Origin: Candidatus Eiseniibacteriota bacterium
GTDB lineage: Bacteria > Eisenbacteria > RBG-16-71-46
Length of the DNA stretch: 64,000 nt
Assembly (NCBI GenBank): GCA_963717505.1
Contig: OY970342.1
Span: 672,001-736,000, forward strand
Direction: 5' to 3'
Below the pieces are notes generated by a model that was not told the DNA's origin, ran no database searches, and saw nothing but the letters and a program-made list of their open reading frames with translations. This document shows positions 29,010-38,665 of this stretch, in pieces. The first letter of the stretch is position 1, and each line of letters starts with the position of its first letter. Both the position numbers and the translations under genes were made by a program.

Positions 29010-31040
29010 ATGCAGCGCAAGACTGCATTTTCGCGACTGATCGTGGTGCTCGGAGCGTTCCTGGTGACCGGGGCATCGGCCCAGACCCCTTCGCAGACCG
29101 ATACCTCGATGGTCCAGGTTCCCGAAGTGTTGGTGCGAGGAACGCGGCCGGTCGCCACCACCGGCGGTGCGGGTGCGATCCAGGCCAAACTCGACACGCT
29201 GGCGATCCCATCCGACCCGACCATGGAGCGGGTTCTGCGGGCACTGCCTGCGGTCTACGTGCGCACCAATTCGCGCGGTGAGGCCGAAGTCACGGTGCGT
29301 GGCTCCGAGTCACGGCAGGTCGCCATTTTGCTCGACGGAGTGCCGCTGACCTACGCGTGGGACGGCCGAGCCGATGTTTCGGTGATCCCGGCACTCGCGC
29401 CGCAGGAAGTGGTGCTGGTCCGCGGCCTCTCGTCGCTGATGCATGGCACGAATTCGGTCGGCGGCGTCGTCGAATTCAACACCCGGCCCGCCAACCCTGC
29501 CACCACACGGCGCAGCATCCAGTTGCGCGGCGATGTCGACCAGGTCGGCAGCTTCGGCGTTGCCGGCGCGGTGACCGCCCCCCGCGACCTCGGCTGGGGT
29601 GTGCTCACCGCGCGTGCCGGCGCCGGCTTCCGGGACACTCCCGGGCAACCGCTGGCCCGCGGCATCACCGAGCCGGTCCCGACCGACGACGACTTGCGTC
29701 TCAACACCGACGTCAACGAAACCAACGGTTTTGCAGCACTGCGCGTCGACGGCGACAACGGCTCGTTTCTGTCGCTGGCGGGCGGCGGTTACGAAGCCGA
29801 ACGCGGAATCGCCGCCCAGCTCGGCGTCACTGCCGCGCGTTTCTGGCGCTACCCGTTCATGGCCCGAGGGATCGGCGTCCTGTCCGGTGGCACCGGTCGC
29901 CACTCGATGCCTTGGGGCGGCAGGGCCGATCTTCAAGTGAGCGGCGGCTACGACAAGGGCCGGACCGAGATCGATGCCTACGATTCGCGCGATTACACGA
30001 CGATCGCGGCGGAGGAAGACGGCAACGACGAAGTCACGACCTTGCGCACGGTCGCCACCCAGACGTTGGGAGAAAACGCGGACTTCCGTCTGGGGGCGAC
30101 CTACGGAGACATCCGGCACGACGAGATCCTGAGCGGCGTGCAGAACGACTACCGCCAGCGACTGTGGAGCGTCTCGGGCCAGACCGTGATCGCGATTCCG
30201 ACGAACGGAGCGATTCGGCAATACGACGTGAGCGCGGGTGCCACCTACGATGGCGCCGACACGCCGGAGACCGGCAACAAACCCTCGTTCGGCGACCTGG
30301 ATCGCTGGGGCGGGCGCCTCGGACTCGCGGGGCACTTGGGCAACGGCGCGACGACCGTGCACGCCAGCGTCAGCCAGCGGGCGCGCTTCCCATCGTTGCG
30401 CGAGCTCTATTCGGGCTCCCTAGGAACCTTCGAGATCAACCCCAATCTGAAACCCGAGGAGTTGTTGGCGACCGAAGCCGGCGTCACCACGCGCTCGGGC
30501 TGGGGCGACGTTCAGGTGGTCGGCTTCTACCACATGCTCTCCGACGCGGTGGTCCGGATTCGCCCGCCGGGCCAGAATTTTCAGCGCGTCAACCAGGAGG
30601 GCATCCGCAGCGTCGGCGGCGAGCTGCTCGCGTCACGTGCGTTCGGCCGCTTCCAACTGAGTGGCGACCTCATCGTTCAGGACGTCGAAGTGCTCGATCC
30701 CTCGGCCGGGCTCACGCGCCCGGAGAACATGCCCGAAGTCATGGGCGCCGTGCGGGCCCAGGTGCTGGTCGGCGCCGGACTGGTGATGGCCGCGGAGGCG
30801 GAATACACCGGCGAGCAATTCGTGATCGACCCGGAAACCGACCTCGAAACCGAGTTGCCGGCGGCAGGGCGGCTGAACGTCGAATTCCGTCGGGCGTGGG
30901 CCATGGGCGGCGGCAGCGGCTGGTTCGGCGCGTTCGAGGCTCGAGCCATGTTCGAGAACCTGACCGACACTCCCCAGTACGATGCCTTCGGGCTGCCGTT
31001 GCCGGGACGGAGCATGCGGTTGGAGTTCCGCGTGCACTGA
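29010..31040 (+). CDS. TonB-dependent outer membrane receptor
   Basis: Signal peptide; TonB-box-like EVLVRG; plug motifs TVRG...LLDGVP, VRG.SS..HG..SVGGVV; NPNLKPE; ENLTD...PGR C-terminal signature. Confidence 0.9.
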   Translation: MQRKTAFSRLIVVLGAFLVTGASAQTPSQTDTSMVQVPEVLVRGTRPVATTGGAGAIQAKLDTLAIPSDPTMERVLRALPAVYVRTNSRGEAEVTVRGSESRQVAILLDGVPLTYAWDGRADVSVIPALAPQEVVLVRGLSSLMHGTNSVGGVVEFNTRPANPATTRRSIQLRGDVDQVGSFGVAGAVTAPRDLGWGVLTARAGAGFRDTPGQPLARGITEPVPTDDDLRLNTDVNETNGFAALRVDGDNGSFLSLAGGGYEAERGIAAQLGVTAARFWRYPFMARGIGVLSGGTGRHSMPWGGRADLQVSGGYDKGRTEIDAYDSRDYTTIAAEEDGNDEVTTLRTVATQTLGENADFRLGATYGDIRHDEILSGVQNDYRQRLWSVSGQTVIAIPTNGAIRQYDVSAGATYDGADTPETGNKPSFGDLDRWGGRLGLAGHLGNGATTVHASVSQRARFPSLRELYSGSLGTFEINPNLKPEELLATEAGVTTRSGWGDVQVVGFYHMLSDAVVRIRPPGQNFQRVNQEGIRSVGGELLASRAFGRFQLSGDLIVQDVEVLDPSAGLTRPENMPEVMGAVRAQVLVGAGLVMAAEAEYTGEQFVIDPETDLETELPAAGRLNVEFRRAWAMGGGSGWFGAFEARAMFENLTDTPQYDAFGLPLPGRSMRLEFRVH

Positions 31041-31044
31041 CCTG

Positions 31045-31494
31045 CTATCGGCCCACGCCTCGCGCCATGGCGGTGGCCAGCAGCACCATCACGATCACCA
31101 GCCATGCCTGGACGAAGCTGACCGTGGCGAAGCGTCCCGCAGCACTCGTGTCGGGCTGTGTGCCACGCTTGAGCGCGATGCGCCAGCGGATCAACGCCAC
31201 CATGGGCGCGAACTCGAGCACCAGGATCACTGCCAGCAGGATCATCTTGGTCCAGAAGTTATGGTTCTGCAGGTAGTACGGCGCGCCCTTCTCCAGATTG
31301 GAGAACGCGCGCACGAGCCCCGTGCCGATCCATAGCACCGCCGCCAAGCCCCAAAGCGCGTCCGCGTAGAACACACGCTTGAGCCCGGTCGCGTCGAGTT
31401 CGCCGTTGAGCGCTCGACCACGAGCCCAGACCGACCCGAGGCCGATCCCCAGCGCCAAAAGATGCGCGGCAGCAAACAGCCAGCGCACGATCAT
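31045..31494 (-). CDS. DUF2214-like membrane protein
   Basis: AD..WGLAA....TGL.R....EKG..YY..N..FW.K and MARG.G motifs; ATGA overlap. Confidence 0.75.
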   Translation of the reverse strand: MIVRWLFAAAHLLALGIGLGSVWARGRALNGELDATGLKRVFYADALWGLAAVLWIGTGLVRAFSNLEKGAPYYLQNHNFWTKMILLAVILVLEFAPMVALIRWRIALKRGTQPDTSAAGRFATVSFVQAWLVIVMVLLATAMARGVGR

Positions 31495-32573
31495 GACTGC
31501 CTCCGTGATTCCGGTGATTGCGCGGCGGCCGACGTCATGCGCGACGCCTGCCACTCCTCGAGCAACGCGCGCTCGCGGTCGCGCGTGAGGCCGGCGCGCC
31601 ACGCGTGCACGCCGCGCGCACGCTCCCAGGCCAGCGTGTCGCGCGCGGTTTCGATCAGGGGCCGGAACGTAAGGCCACTCGACACCGCTCGACTCACGTC
31701 GGTCTGCAGAACCCCGACGGAATCGGGCGACGTCGTCTCGGGAATCCAGATCGGCATCTCCTCCCACGCCCCGACCTTGCGCTCTACGAGGAACTCCTCG
31801 TCCACCCAGACGAAGCGAGCGTCACTCGCGGCCGCGTCGCGACAGGTCTCGAGCATCGCGGACATGGTCAACGGACGTTCGGGGCCGGTCGCGTTGAAAA
31901 CACCGGTTCGCGCATTCTCCGCGAGACGCACCATCCACTCGGCCAGGTCGCGAGCGTCGATCACCTGCACCGGGCGCTCGGGTCGACCCGGGGCCAACAC
32001 GTCGCCGCCTTCGGCGATCCGTGACACCCAGTAGGGGAACCGATCCATGTAGTCGTGCGGCCCGACGATCAGCCCGGGCCGCGGAATCGCGGCGCGATCG
32101 GGAAACGCTTCCAGCACCACCTGCTCGCACGCTGCCTTGAGCGGCCCGTAGAGTTCCAGAAAAGCAGCCGATTTCCGGGGCTCGGAAGCATCGATCGTCT
32201 CGACCGCGCTCCATTGTTCGGAGGTGAGCGTCGACACCGGCGAATGCTCGTCCATACCGATCGTCGAGAAATTCGCATAGACCGAGATGCTCGAGACGAA
32301 CGTGTAGTGGCCGACGCGACCACGCAGCGCTCTCGTGGCCTGCTCGACCACCCGTGGCAGGAACCCCGACGTATCGATCACCGCGTCCCACGTCCGCCCG
32401 TCGAGCGCGGACAGATCGCGCGCACGGTCTCCGCGCAGCTTCTCGACCTCGGGGAACAGCTCGGGCTCGGTGCGTCCGCGATTGAACAGGGTCACGCGGT
32501 GCCCTCGAGCCTGCGCGGCGACCACCAGGTGGCGCCCAACGAAGCGCGGGCCACCGAGGATCAACAGCTTCAC
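31491..32573 (-). CDS. NAD-dependent epimerase/dehydratase (atypical SDR)
   Basis: LILGGPRFVG, FNRG, FVSSISVY, YGPLK and RPGLIVGP motifs. Confidence 0.88.
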   Translation of the reverse strand: MKLLILGGPRFVGRHLVVAAQARGHRVTLFNRGRTEPELFPEVEKLRGDRARDLSALDGRTWDAVIDTSGFLPRVVEQATRALRGRVGHYTFVSSISVYANFSTIGMDEHSPVSTLTSEQWSAVETIDASEPRKSAAFLELYGPLKAACEQVVLEAFPDRAAIPRPGLIVGPHDYMDRFPYWVSRIAEGGDVLAPGRPERPVQVIDARDLAEWMVRLAENARTGVFNATGPERPLTMSAMLETCRDAAASDARFVWVDEEFLVERKVGAWEEMPIWIPETTSPDSVGVLQTDVSRAVSSGLTFRPLIETARDTLAWERARGVHAWRAGLTRDRERALLEEWQASRMTSAAAQSPESRRQS

Positions 32574-33169
32574 GAGATTGCTCCTGGCATCTGCCGTGAG
32601 AGTGCAGCCCAGCGTCGTTCCGCCTCACGTCGGATTGCGGGAAGCAGGAAAAGCCGAATGCCGATGATGCCAAAACGAGCCCAGCCCCAGTAGCTCCGGA
32701 ATCGAGCGTGGGCGTCGGCATCGGTCGCCACGGCGCGCGTTTCCTGCACGAATCGAGTCACGGCTGCGTCGAGGGGCTCGGACTCGATCGTCCAGGCGAT
32801 CTTCACCTGGCTCGGCTCGGAATACGACGCGAAACGATCGGCCGCAATCGGCGTGAATCGCACGTTGGCCTGCCACGGCTGGCAGGTCGCGCCACACACG
32901 ATCAACCGGCCCGGGTGCTCGGCCAGGAGGCCCCAGCCCATGGCCCGCGTGTCGGCCAACAGGCCTTGCGGCTTTCGTGAGACCCGGGGCGTCGTGCCCA
33001 GGATTCGCTCTCGCATTCGGATGATCCCACGCACGATCGCCACCGATTCGAGGTCGAAGGTTCCCGCCACGTCCATGACCAGGTTCGCCGGAGCCTTGAT
33101 CGTGGTGTGAAACCGCTCCTGAATGTCGGGATTCGGGATGAACGGATCGAGAGGTGAGGGCTCGGCCAT
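32570..33169 (-). CDS. Conserved hypothetical protein (possibly SRPBCC/DUF2867-like)
   Basis: LDPFIP...ERF.T.I.AP; ETR..ATD..A..RF..YW pattern; GTGA coupling to the downstream gene. Confidence 0.6.
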   Translation of the reverse strand: MAEPSPLDPFIPNPDIQERFHTTIKAPANLVMDVAGTFDLESVAIVRGIIRMRERILGTTPRVSRKPQGLLADTRAMGWGLLAEHPGRLIVCGATCQPWQANVRFTPIAADRFASYSEPSQVKIAWTIESEPLDAAVTRFVQETRAVATDADAHARFRSYWGWARFGIIGIRLFLLPAIRREAERRWAALSRQMPGAIS

Positions 33170-33180
33170 GAGAGTTTGGA

Positions 33181-33594
33181 TCAGCCTCCTCTCGGCAGGG
33201 GCGCCAGGTCTGGCTCCACGAAGGTGGCCTTGGCCGCCGGGGTGAGTATTCGCTCCCGCGTATAGTAGAGGCGCAGCAGGGTCTTCTGCAGCAAGTGCGG
33301 ATTGGCGGAGACGAACTCTTCGAAGCTGGCAATCGGTCCGTGTGCGTTCATGGTGGTTTGGATCACCCTGGCCCATGCGGTTGTGACCGTCTCGTGATAG
33401 CCCGATGTGTTGCTGTCGACGACCTGGTTGACCTGATTGAGGGCTCGAATCCCTGATCGCATTCGAGACAGCGCCTCTTCATACGGAAGATCCCGAAGGT
33501 AGAGGAACGCCATTCGGACGTGATCGCGATGGGTCCAGCGATCCTTGGGAATGGCAGCCGCCTCGAAGTCGGTCAGGAACTGTTGATCGTTCAT
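33181..33594 (-). CDS. Conserved hypothetical protein
   Basis: Globular composition; W.H.DH.R.A..YL, YHET.T.AW and FVEPDL.PLP pattern. Confidence 0.7.
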   Translation of the reverse strand: MNDQQFLTDFEAAAIPKDRWTHRDHVRMAFLYLRDLPYEEALSRMRSGIRALNQVNQVVDSNTSGYHETVTTAWARVIQTTMNAHGPIASFEEFVSANPHLLQKTLLRLYYTRERILTPAAKATFVEPDLAPLPRGG

Positions 33595-33655
33595 TCAGGA
33601 GGACTGCAAGACCATCGAGCGTTGGGTTGCGGGTGACGCCAATACCATGCGTCGC

Positions 33656-34486
33656 CTACTTCTTGTCGAAAGAACCGTTGATCTCGGCGTAGGGAATCGC
33701 CCGGGCGAGGTGGGTGAACGTCCCCTGTTCCGCGATCTCCCGGGCCGCCTGCAGGAAACCGGCCCAGGCCGCGCGCGCCAAGGCGCCGCCCACGCTGATC
33801 CGCCGGACTCCGAGTTCAGCGAGCATGGCGACAGTAGCGAAGTCGCTGCCGACCAGAACGTTGACCGGCTTGGGTGCGACCGCCTTCACGACCGCCTCGA
33901 TATCGGCCTTCGAACGAATGCCCGGCGCGTAGAGGCAGTCGGCCCCGGCCTCGGCAAATGCGGTAAGCCGGCGGAGCGTTTCGGCAAGATCCGGGCGCCC
34001 GACGATGAAACCCTCGGAGCGCCCGGTGAGCAGAACGCCGGTTCCGCTGTCGTCGATGGCTCGTCGGGCGGCCCGGACCCGCTCTACTGCCAGGGTGAAC
34101 TCGTGGAGCGGGCTCGAATCGTCGCCCGTCGAATCCTCGATCGACAGGCCTGCGATCCCAGTGGCGGTGGCGGCCGCGACATTGACGGCGACGGCGTCCG
34201 GGGCAATCGCAAAGCCTCCTTCGAAGTCCGCGTTGACCGGCACCTCGACGGCGCGGGCGATCGCTCGGAGGTGGCTCAGCGCGTCCACCAGCATGATCCC
34301 GTTGTCGGGACGACCCAGCGTCCAGGCGAATCCGGCGCTGGTCGTGGCCAGTGCCTTGAAGCCGAGCTGGGCGAGCAGGCGCGCGCTGCCGGCGTCCCAC
34401 GGGTTGGGAATCACGAAACAGCCCGACTCGTGGAGCTGGCGGAAGATTCGACAGCGATCGCCGACGGAAGACTCGAGTTTCGTCAC
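33656..34486 (-). CDS. Isocitrate lyase/PEP mutase family protein
   Basis: PNPWDAGSA, ATTSAG, VNADFEGG, SIED, AGADCLYAPG, RISVG. Confidence 0.9.
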   Translation of the reverse strand: MTKLESSVGDRCRIFRQLHESGCFVIPNPWDAGSARLLAQLGFKALATTSAGFAWTLGRPDNGIMLVDALSHLRAIARAVEVPVNADFEGGFAIAPDAVAVNVAAATATGIAGLSIEDSTGDDSSPLHEFTLAVERVRAARRAIDDSGTGVLLTGRSEGFIVGRPDLAETLRRLTAFAEAGADCLYAPGIRSKADIEAVVKAVAPKPVNVLVGSDFATVAMLAELGVRRISVGGALARAAWAGFLQAAREIAEQGTFTHLARAIPYAEINGSFDKK

Positions 34487-34517
34487 GGGTACTCGCCCCC
34501 AGGTAGCCTGTGGTTCA

Positions 34518-35168
34518 TCACTCTGTTGTGTATGACGACACCGCGATCGAATGAATCTTGCCGCCGGGGGCGAACTCTCGGGTCCTTTGCGAATCCGCTG
34601 GAAAGATCCCCGTGTAATCCAACCTGAAGGTGAGGCCGACGGGCTGATTCTCGAACACGATGTACTCGCGCGACTCGATCTCGCTCTTCTCGATCGTCTT
34701 CGTCTTGCCCAGCACCGTCTCGACCTCGGTGACCAGGGAACCGGGATGAACTCCATCGGTGGTGTGCATTTCCGGGCTGAATGTTTCGATCACTCGGACC
34801 TCTCGCGACCAATCGATCGGGGCCTCCGCATCACCCTCGTCAGCCCAGATCGTCATCGCGGCATTGGGCCCGAGCCGGACCTCCACGAGCGCGGCCCCAT
34901 CGCCGTCCGACGTCCGCTCGAACCTGGCGTCGGGGAGCGCGCGCCGGGCTTCATCCAGAGTCATTCCGAGTCGGATGCCGCCGATTCCGTTTGCTGACAC
35001 GAGGTACGGGTCCAAGGTCGTCGACGCACTTGACGCTGGCGCCCGACTGTCGAGCACCGCGGGAGTTGCAGCATCGCCAGACGACTGCCGGTCACGTCCG
35101 CAACCCACGACGCCCACCGCGACCGCGATGGCCGCAATGGCCGTCCAACGACTTGGGACCTTCGCCAT
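34518..35168 (-). CDS. Hypothetical lipoprotein
   Basis: Signal with lipobox VVGC; GIG.IRLGMT motif. Start could be 35174. Confidence 0.6.
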   Translation of the reverse strand: MAKVPSRWTAIAAIAVAVGVVGCGRDRQSSGDAATPAVLDSRAPASSASTTLDPYLVSANGIGGIRLGMTLDEARRALPDARFERTSDGDGAALVEVRLGPNAAMTIWADEGDAEAPIDWSREVRVIETFSPEMHTTDGVHPGSLVTEVETVLGKTKTIEKSEIESREYIVFENQPVGLTFRLDYTGIFPADSQRTREFAPGGKIHSIAVSSYTTE

Positions 35169-35285
35169 GTGCATGGAGCTTCTCCGCTTCGAGCCGCCGG
35201 CGATGCTACCACGGCCCATTTCTCAAGTTTGTCGCCGACGACACTTTCCCGTCGCGCGCCCCGACGGCTATCGTCGTCGACCGAC

Positions 35286-37937
35286 ATGCCATCCCGATCC
35301 CGAAAGCCCACACCGCCACCGCCCGGCCTCGACACCTATCGACAGAAGCGCAGCCCGGACCGCACGCCCGAGCCATTCGGCGGGCAGGCGCGCCCGGCCG
35401 GTGGACCACTGCGCTTCGTCGTTCACCAACACGCCGCACGCAACCTGCACTACGACCTGCGGCTGGAACTCGATGGCACGTTCAAGAGCTGGGCGGTGCC
35501 CAAGGGACCCTCGAGCCACGTCGAGGAAAAGCGCCTCGCGGTCCACGTCGAAGATCATCCCCTCGAATACGGGAGCTTCGAGGGCGTGATTCCCGCCGGC
35601 AACTACGGCGCCGGCAGCGTGATCATCTGGGACCACGGCTGGTACCGGTCGTTCAAGCCCGAGGACCTGCTCGCGCAGTACCAAAGCGGAAAACTCGAGC
35701 TGGAGCTGTTCGGCTTCAAGCTGCGCGGCCGCTGGACGCTGGTGCGCATGGGCGGCTCGGCGCGCAAGGGCAACGAGTGGCTGCTGCTCAAGAAGGTCGG
35801 CGCCGGGGTCAGCGAGCAGGAGCTAATCGAGCGCTACCCGCACTCGGTGGTCACCGGGCTCACCGTGCACGAGATGGCCGACATGGCTGGCCACGTCGCC
35901 GCGGTGCGCGAACACGTGGAGGGCATTGGCGCTCCCAAGGCCACGGTGAAGCCGAAGGAACAGTCGCCGATGCTCGCGAACCTCGAGGAGAAGCCGTTCG
36001 ATCGCGAAGGCTGGATCTTCGAGATCAAGTACGACGGCGTGCGGGTGATCGCCGGGCGCAAGGGCTCCGACGTCGAGCTGATCGGGCGTAGCGGCCAGAA
36101 CGTCGCCAGCCGCTATCCCGAGATCGCCGAGGCGCTGCGCGCACTTCCCTATGAAGACTTCGTCGTCGACGGCGAGATCGTGTCGCCGGACGAGAGCGGC
36201 CAGCCGAGCTTTCAGCACCTGCAGGCGCGCATGCAGCTCGTGAACCCGCACGACATCGCGCGCGCGCGAGTTCAAGTGCCGGTGGCGATGATCGGGTTCG
36301 ACTGTCTCGCCCTGTTCGGCCACGACCTGCGGCGGAGGACGCTGCTCGAGCGCAAAGAGTGCCTGCGCCGCATCCTGCCGCCGCTCGGTACCGTGCGCTA
36401 CGGCGACCACGTCGCGACGCGCGGCGCCGCGTTTTTCGCAGCCGCGGACGCCATGCACCTGGAAGGCATCGTGGCCAAGCGCGCGGCCAGCTCGTACGTC
36501 GGGAAACGGACCAGCGACTGGATCAAGATCAAATGCCAGCGCCGGCAGGAGTTCGTGATCGGGGGCTGGAGCGATCCCCAGGGCGCGCGCGGCGGGTTCG
36601 GGGCGTTGCTGGTCGGACTCTACGAGCCGGGGCCCGACGGCAAACCGCGACTGATCTACGTGACCAACGTCGGCACCGGCTTCGACCAGAAGACGCTCAA
36701 GTCGATCCGAGAGAAGCTCGACGCGATTGCGCGTGACACCTCGCCGTTCGCGGTGCGCTCACCCAAGGACGCCGGCAACCACTGGGTCGAGCCCAAGCTG
36801 GTGTGCGAAGTGCGCTTCACGGAGTGGACGCACGACGGCGGCTTGCGGCACCCGGCGTTTCTCGGCCTGCGCGACGACAAGAAACCGGAAGAGTGCGTGC
36901 GCGAAACTCCGGTGACGCTGGCGACGGCGGAACCGGATCCCGCCGAGGATGGTACCTCGCCCAAGTCCGCGGGTGCTCGAAACAAGCGATCGAAGGGTAC
37001 CAAGGCCTCGGGAGCCAAGACCGCAGCGCCCCCCGCGGTCCCACGCCCGACCGTGGCGCTCACCAATCTCAAGAAGATCTTCTGGCCCGCGGACGGCTAC
37101 ACCAAGGGCGACCTGATCGCCTACTACGACGCGATCGCGCCCTGGATCCTTCCCTACCTCGAAGATCGACCGATCTTCCTGACCCGTTACCCCGACGGCA
37201 TCGAGGGCAAGTCGTTCTATCAGAAGGATGCGCCGGTGTTCGTCCCCGAGTGGGTGCGCACCGAGGTCATCTACTCGGGCGACGGCGAGCGCGAGAACCG
37301 ATTCTTCGTGGTCAACGACACCGAGACGCTGCGCTACATCGCCAACCTGGGCACGATCCCGATCCACATGTGGAGCTCGCGGATCGGCACGCTCGAGCAG
37401 CCGGACTGGATGATCCTGGATCTGGATCCCAAGGGCGCCCCGTTCGCCAACGTCGTTCGCATGGCCAAGGTGTTGAAAGAGATCCTCGACGAGCTAGACC
37501 TGCCGGGCTTTCCCAAGACTTCAGGAGCGAGCGGACTTCACATCTTGGTGCCGCTCGGCGCTCGCTACACCTACGAGCAGTCGCGAGCATTCGCACGCCT
37601 GCTCGCCATGCTCGCGGTGCAGGAAGAGCCCGAGATCTCGACCATCGTGCGCGCGGTCCAGGCCCGCGGCGGCAAGGTCTACGTCGATTGGGGGCAGAAC
37701 GGCCACGGCCAGTCGATCGTCTCGCCTTATTGCGTGCGGCCGCTGCCGGGTGCTCCGGTCTCCTGCCCGCTCGAGTGGAAGGAAGTGAACGCCAAGCTCG
37801 ATCCCGCGAAGTGGACGATCAAGACCGTGCCGCCGCGGTTCGAGAAGATGAAGGACCCCCTGCTCGGCGTGTTCGGCGAAGGGATCGAGATGTCCGGAGC
37901 GATCGGGAAGATGGAAGGGATGCTGAAGTCGCGATAG
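35286..37937 (+). CDS. ligD: DNA ligase D (phosphoesterase-ligase-OB-polymerase)
   Basis: HAARNLHYDLRLE (PE), EIKYDG (adenylated Lys), EGIVAK, W.KIK, RYPDG, LDLDP, KTSG..GLH (POL). Confidence 0.96.
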   Translation: MPSRSRKPTPPPPGLDTYRQKRSPDRTPEPFGGQARPAGGPLRFVVHQHAARNLHYDLRLELDGTFKSWAVPKGPSSHVEEKRLAVHVEDHPLEYGSFEGVIPAGNYGAGSVIIWDHGWYRSFKPEDLLAQYQSGKLELELFGFKLRGRWTLVRMGGSARKGNEWLLLKKVGAGVSEQELIERYPHSVVTGLTVHEMADMAGHVAAVREHVEGIGAPKATVKPKEQSPMLANLEEKPFDREGWIFEIKYDGVRVIAGRKGSDVELIGRSGQNVASRYPEIAEALRALPYEDFVVDGEIVSPDESGQPSFQHLQARMQLVNPHDIARARVQVPVAMIGFDCLALFGHDLRRRTLLERKECLRRILPPLGTVRYGDHVATRGAAFFAAADAMHLEGIVAKRAASSYVGKRTSDWIKIKCQRRQEFVIGGWSDPQGARGGFGALLVGLYEPGPDGKPRLIYVTNVGTGFDQKTLKSIREKLDAIARDTSPFAVRSPKDAGNHWVEPKLVCEVRFTEWTHDGGLRHPAFLGLRDDKKPEECVRETPVTLATAEPDPAEDGTSPKSAGARNKRSKGTKASGAKTAAPPAVPRPTVALTNLKKIFWPADGYTKGDLIAYYDAIAPWILPYLEDRPIFLTRYPDGIEGKSFYQKDAPVFVPEWVRTEVIYSGDGERENRFFVVNDTETLRYIANLGTIPIHMWSSRIGTLEQPDWMILDLDPKGAPFANVVRMAKVLKEILDELDLPGFPKTSGASGLHILVPLGARYTYEQSRAFARLLAMLAVQEEPEISTIVRAVQARGGKVYVDWGQNGHGQSIVSPYCVRPLPGAPVSCPLEWKEVNAKLDPAKWTIKTVPPRFEKMKDPLLGVFGEGIEMSGAIGKMEGMLKSR

Positions 37938-37940
37938 CCC
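37851..37940 (+). repeat. Direct repeat copy 1 (ligD 3' end)
   Basis: 78/90 nt identical to 38507-38596 by manual alignment. Confidence 0.9.
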
Positions 37941-38001
37941 GGGGTGGCGCGACGCACGAGATCTCGTGCCGATGTCAGCCTCCGCAGCGGCCGCACTACG
38001 C

Positions 38002-38214
38002 CTATGGTTTGATGGTCACCGTGTCCGGCAAGTCGACCTTTACATGGATATCGTTGTCCGACGGCGGGCTCGTCGTGCTGGTGTTCGTTGCTTCGGGCTT
38101 CTGAGCGCTTCTCGAGCACCCCCAGCTGGCCCAGGCAACCGATGCTGCCAAAGTGATCATCGCCAGAATCGAAACGAATCCCACGCTCTTGTTCCTGCTG
38201 CTCGCGTCCGACAT
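38002..38214 (-). CDS. Small (70 aa) putative lipoprotein
   Basis: GGAGG RBS; hydrophobic helix ending SWGC; Thr/Ser/Pro linker; short beta-rich tail. Confidence 0.5.
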   Translation of the reverse strand: MSDASSRNKSVGFVSILAMITLAASVAWASWGCSRSAQKPEATNTSTTSPPSDNDIHVKVDLPDTVTIKP

Positions 38215-38506
38215 GGTTCATCCTCCATCTTGAAGCAGTGAAGAGTTGGGAGCAGCCGGCGAGGCGAACACCTCGGACGCTCCAGATTGCAATATGACTT
38301 CGAATGGCATTCGCCAGCACGATCGTCGGGTTCGTCACAGCGCATCACTCCGTCATTTCGCACGTCGCGTGCCCACATCGCCAAGAGTTTCCTCGAGTTC
38401 CTATCATCAACGGAGAGAGTCGCTTCGGCGATCCGGCCCTCCGCCCTCCACGATCCCATTCCGATCGGGGTCTGCATTCCGTGGGCATAGCTTTGGAGAA
38501 TTTCCC

Positions 38507-38596
38507 AAGCACCCGCTGCTTGGCGTGTTCGGCAAGGGGATCGAGATGTCCGGAGCGATCGGGAAGATCGAGGGGGTGCTCGAGTCCCGCTAGCCC
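38507..38596 (+). repeat. Direct repeat copy 2 (orphan ligD 3'-end remnant, KHPLLGVFGKGIEMSGAIGKIEGVLESR*)
   Basis: Ungapped match to the last 28 codons and the TAG of ligD. Confidence 0.9.
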
Positions 38597-38665
38597 CTAC
38601 GGGGCGTTCCGGCGCTTCCCACCCTCCAATGCTAGAATCGTTCACCGGATTGGGGAACAACGACA

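Noticed and set aside
37851-38596. Diversity-generating retroelement VR/TR pair
   Set aside because: Mismatches are not adenine-specific in either copy, are largely synonymous or conservative, and no reverse transcriptase is present in the window.
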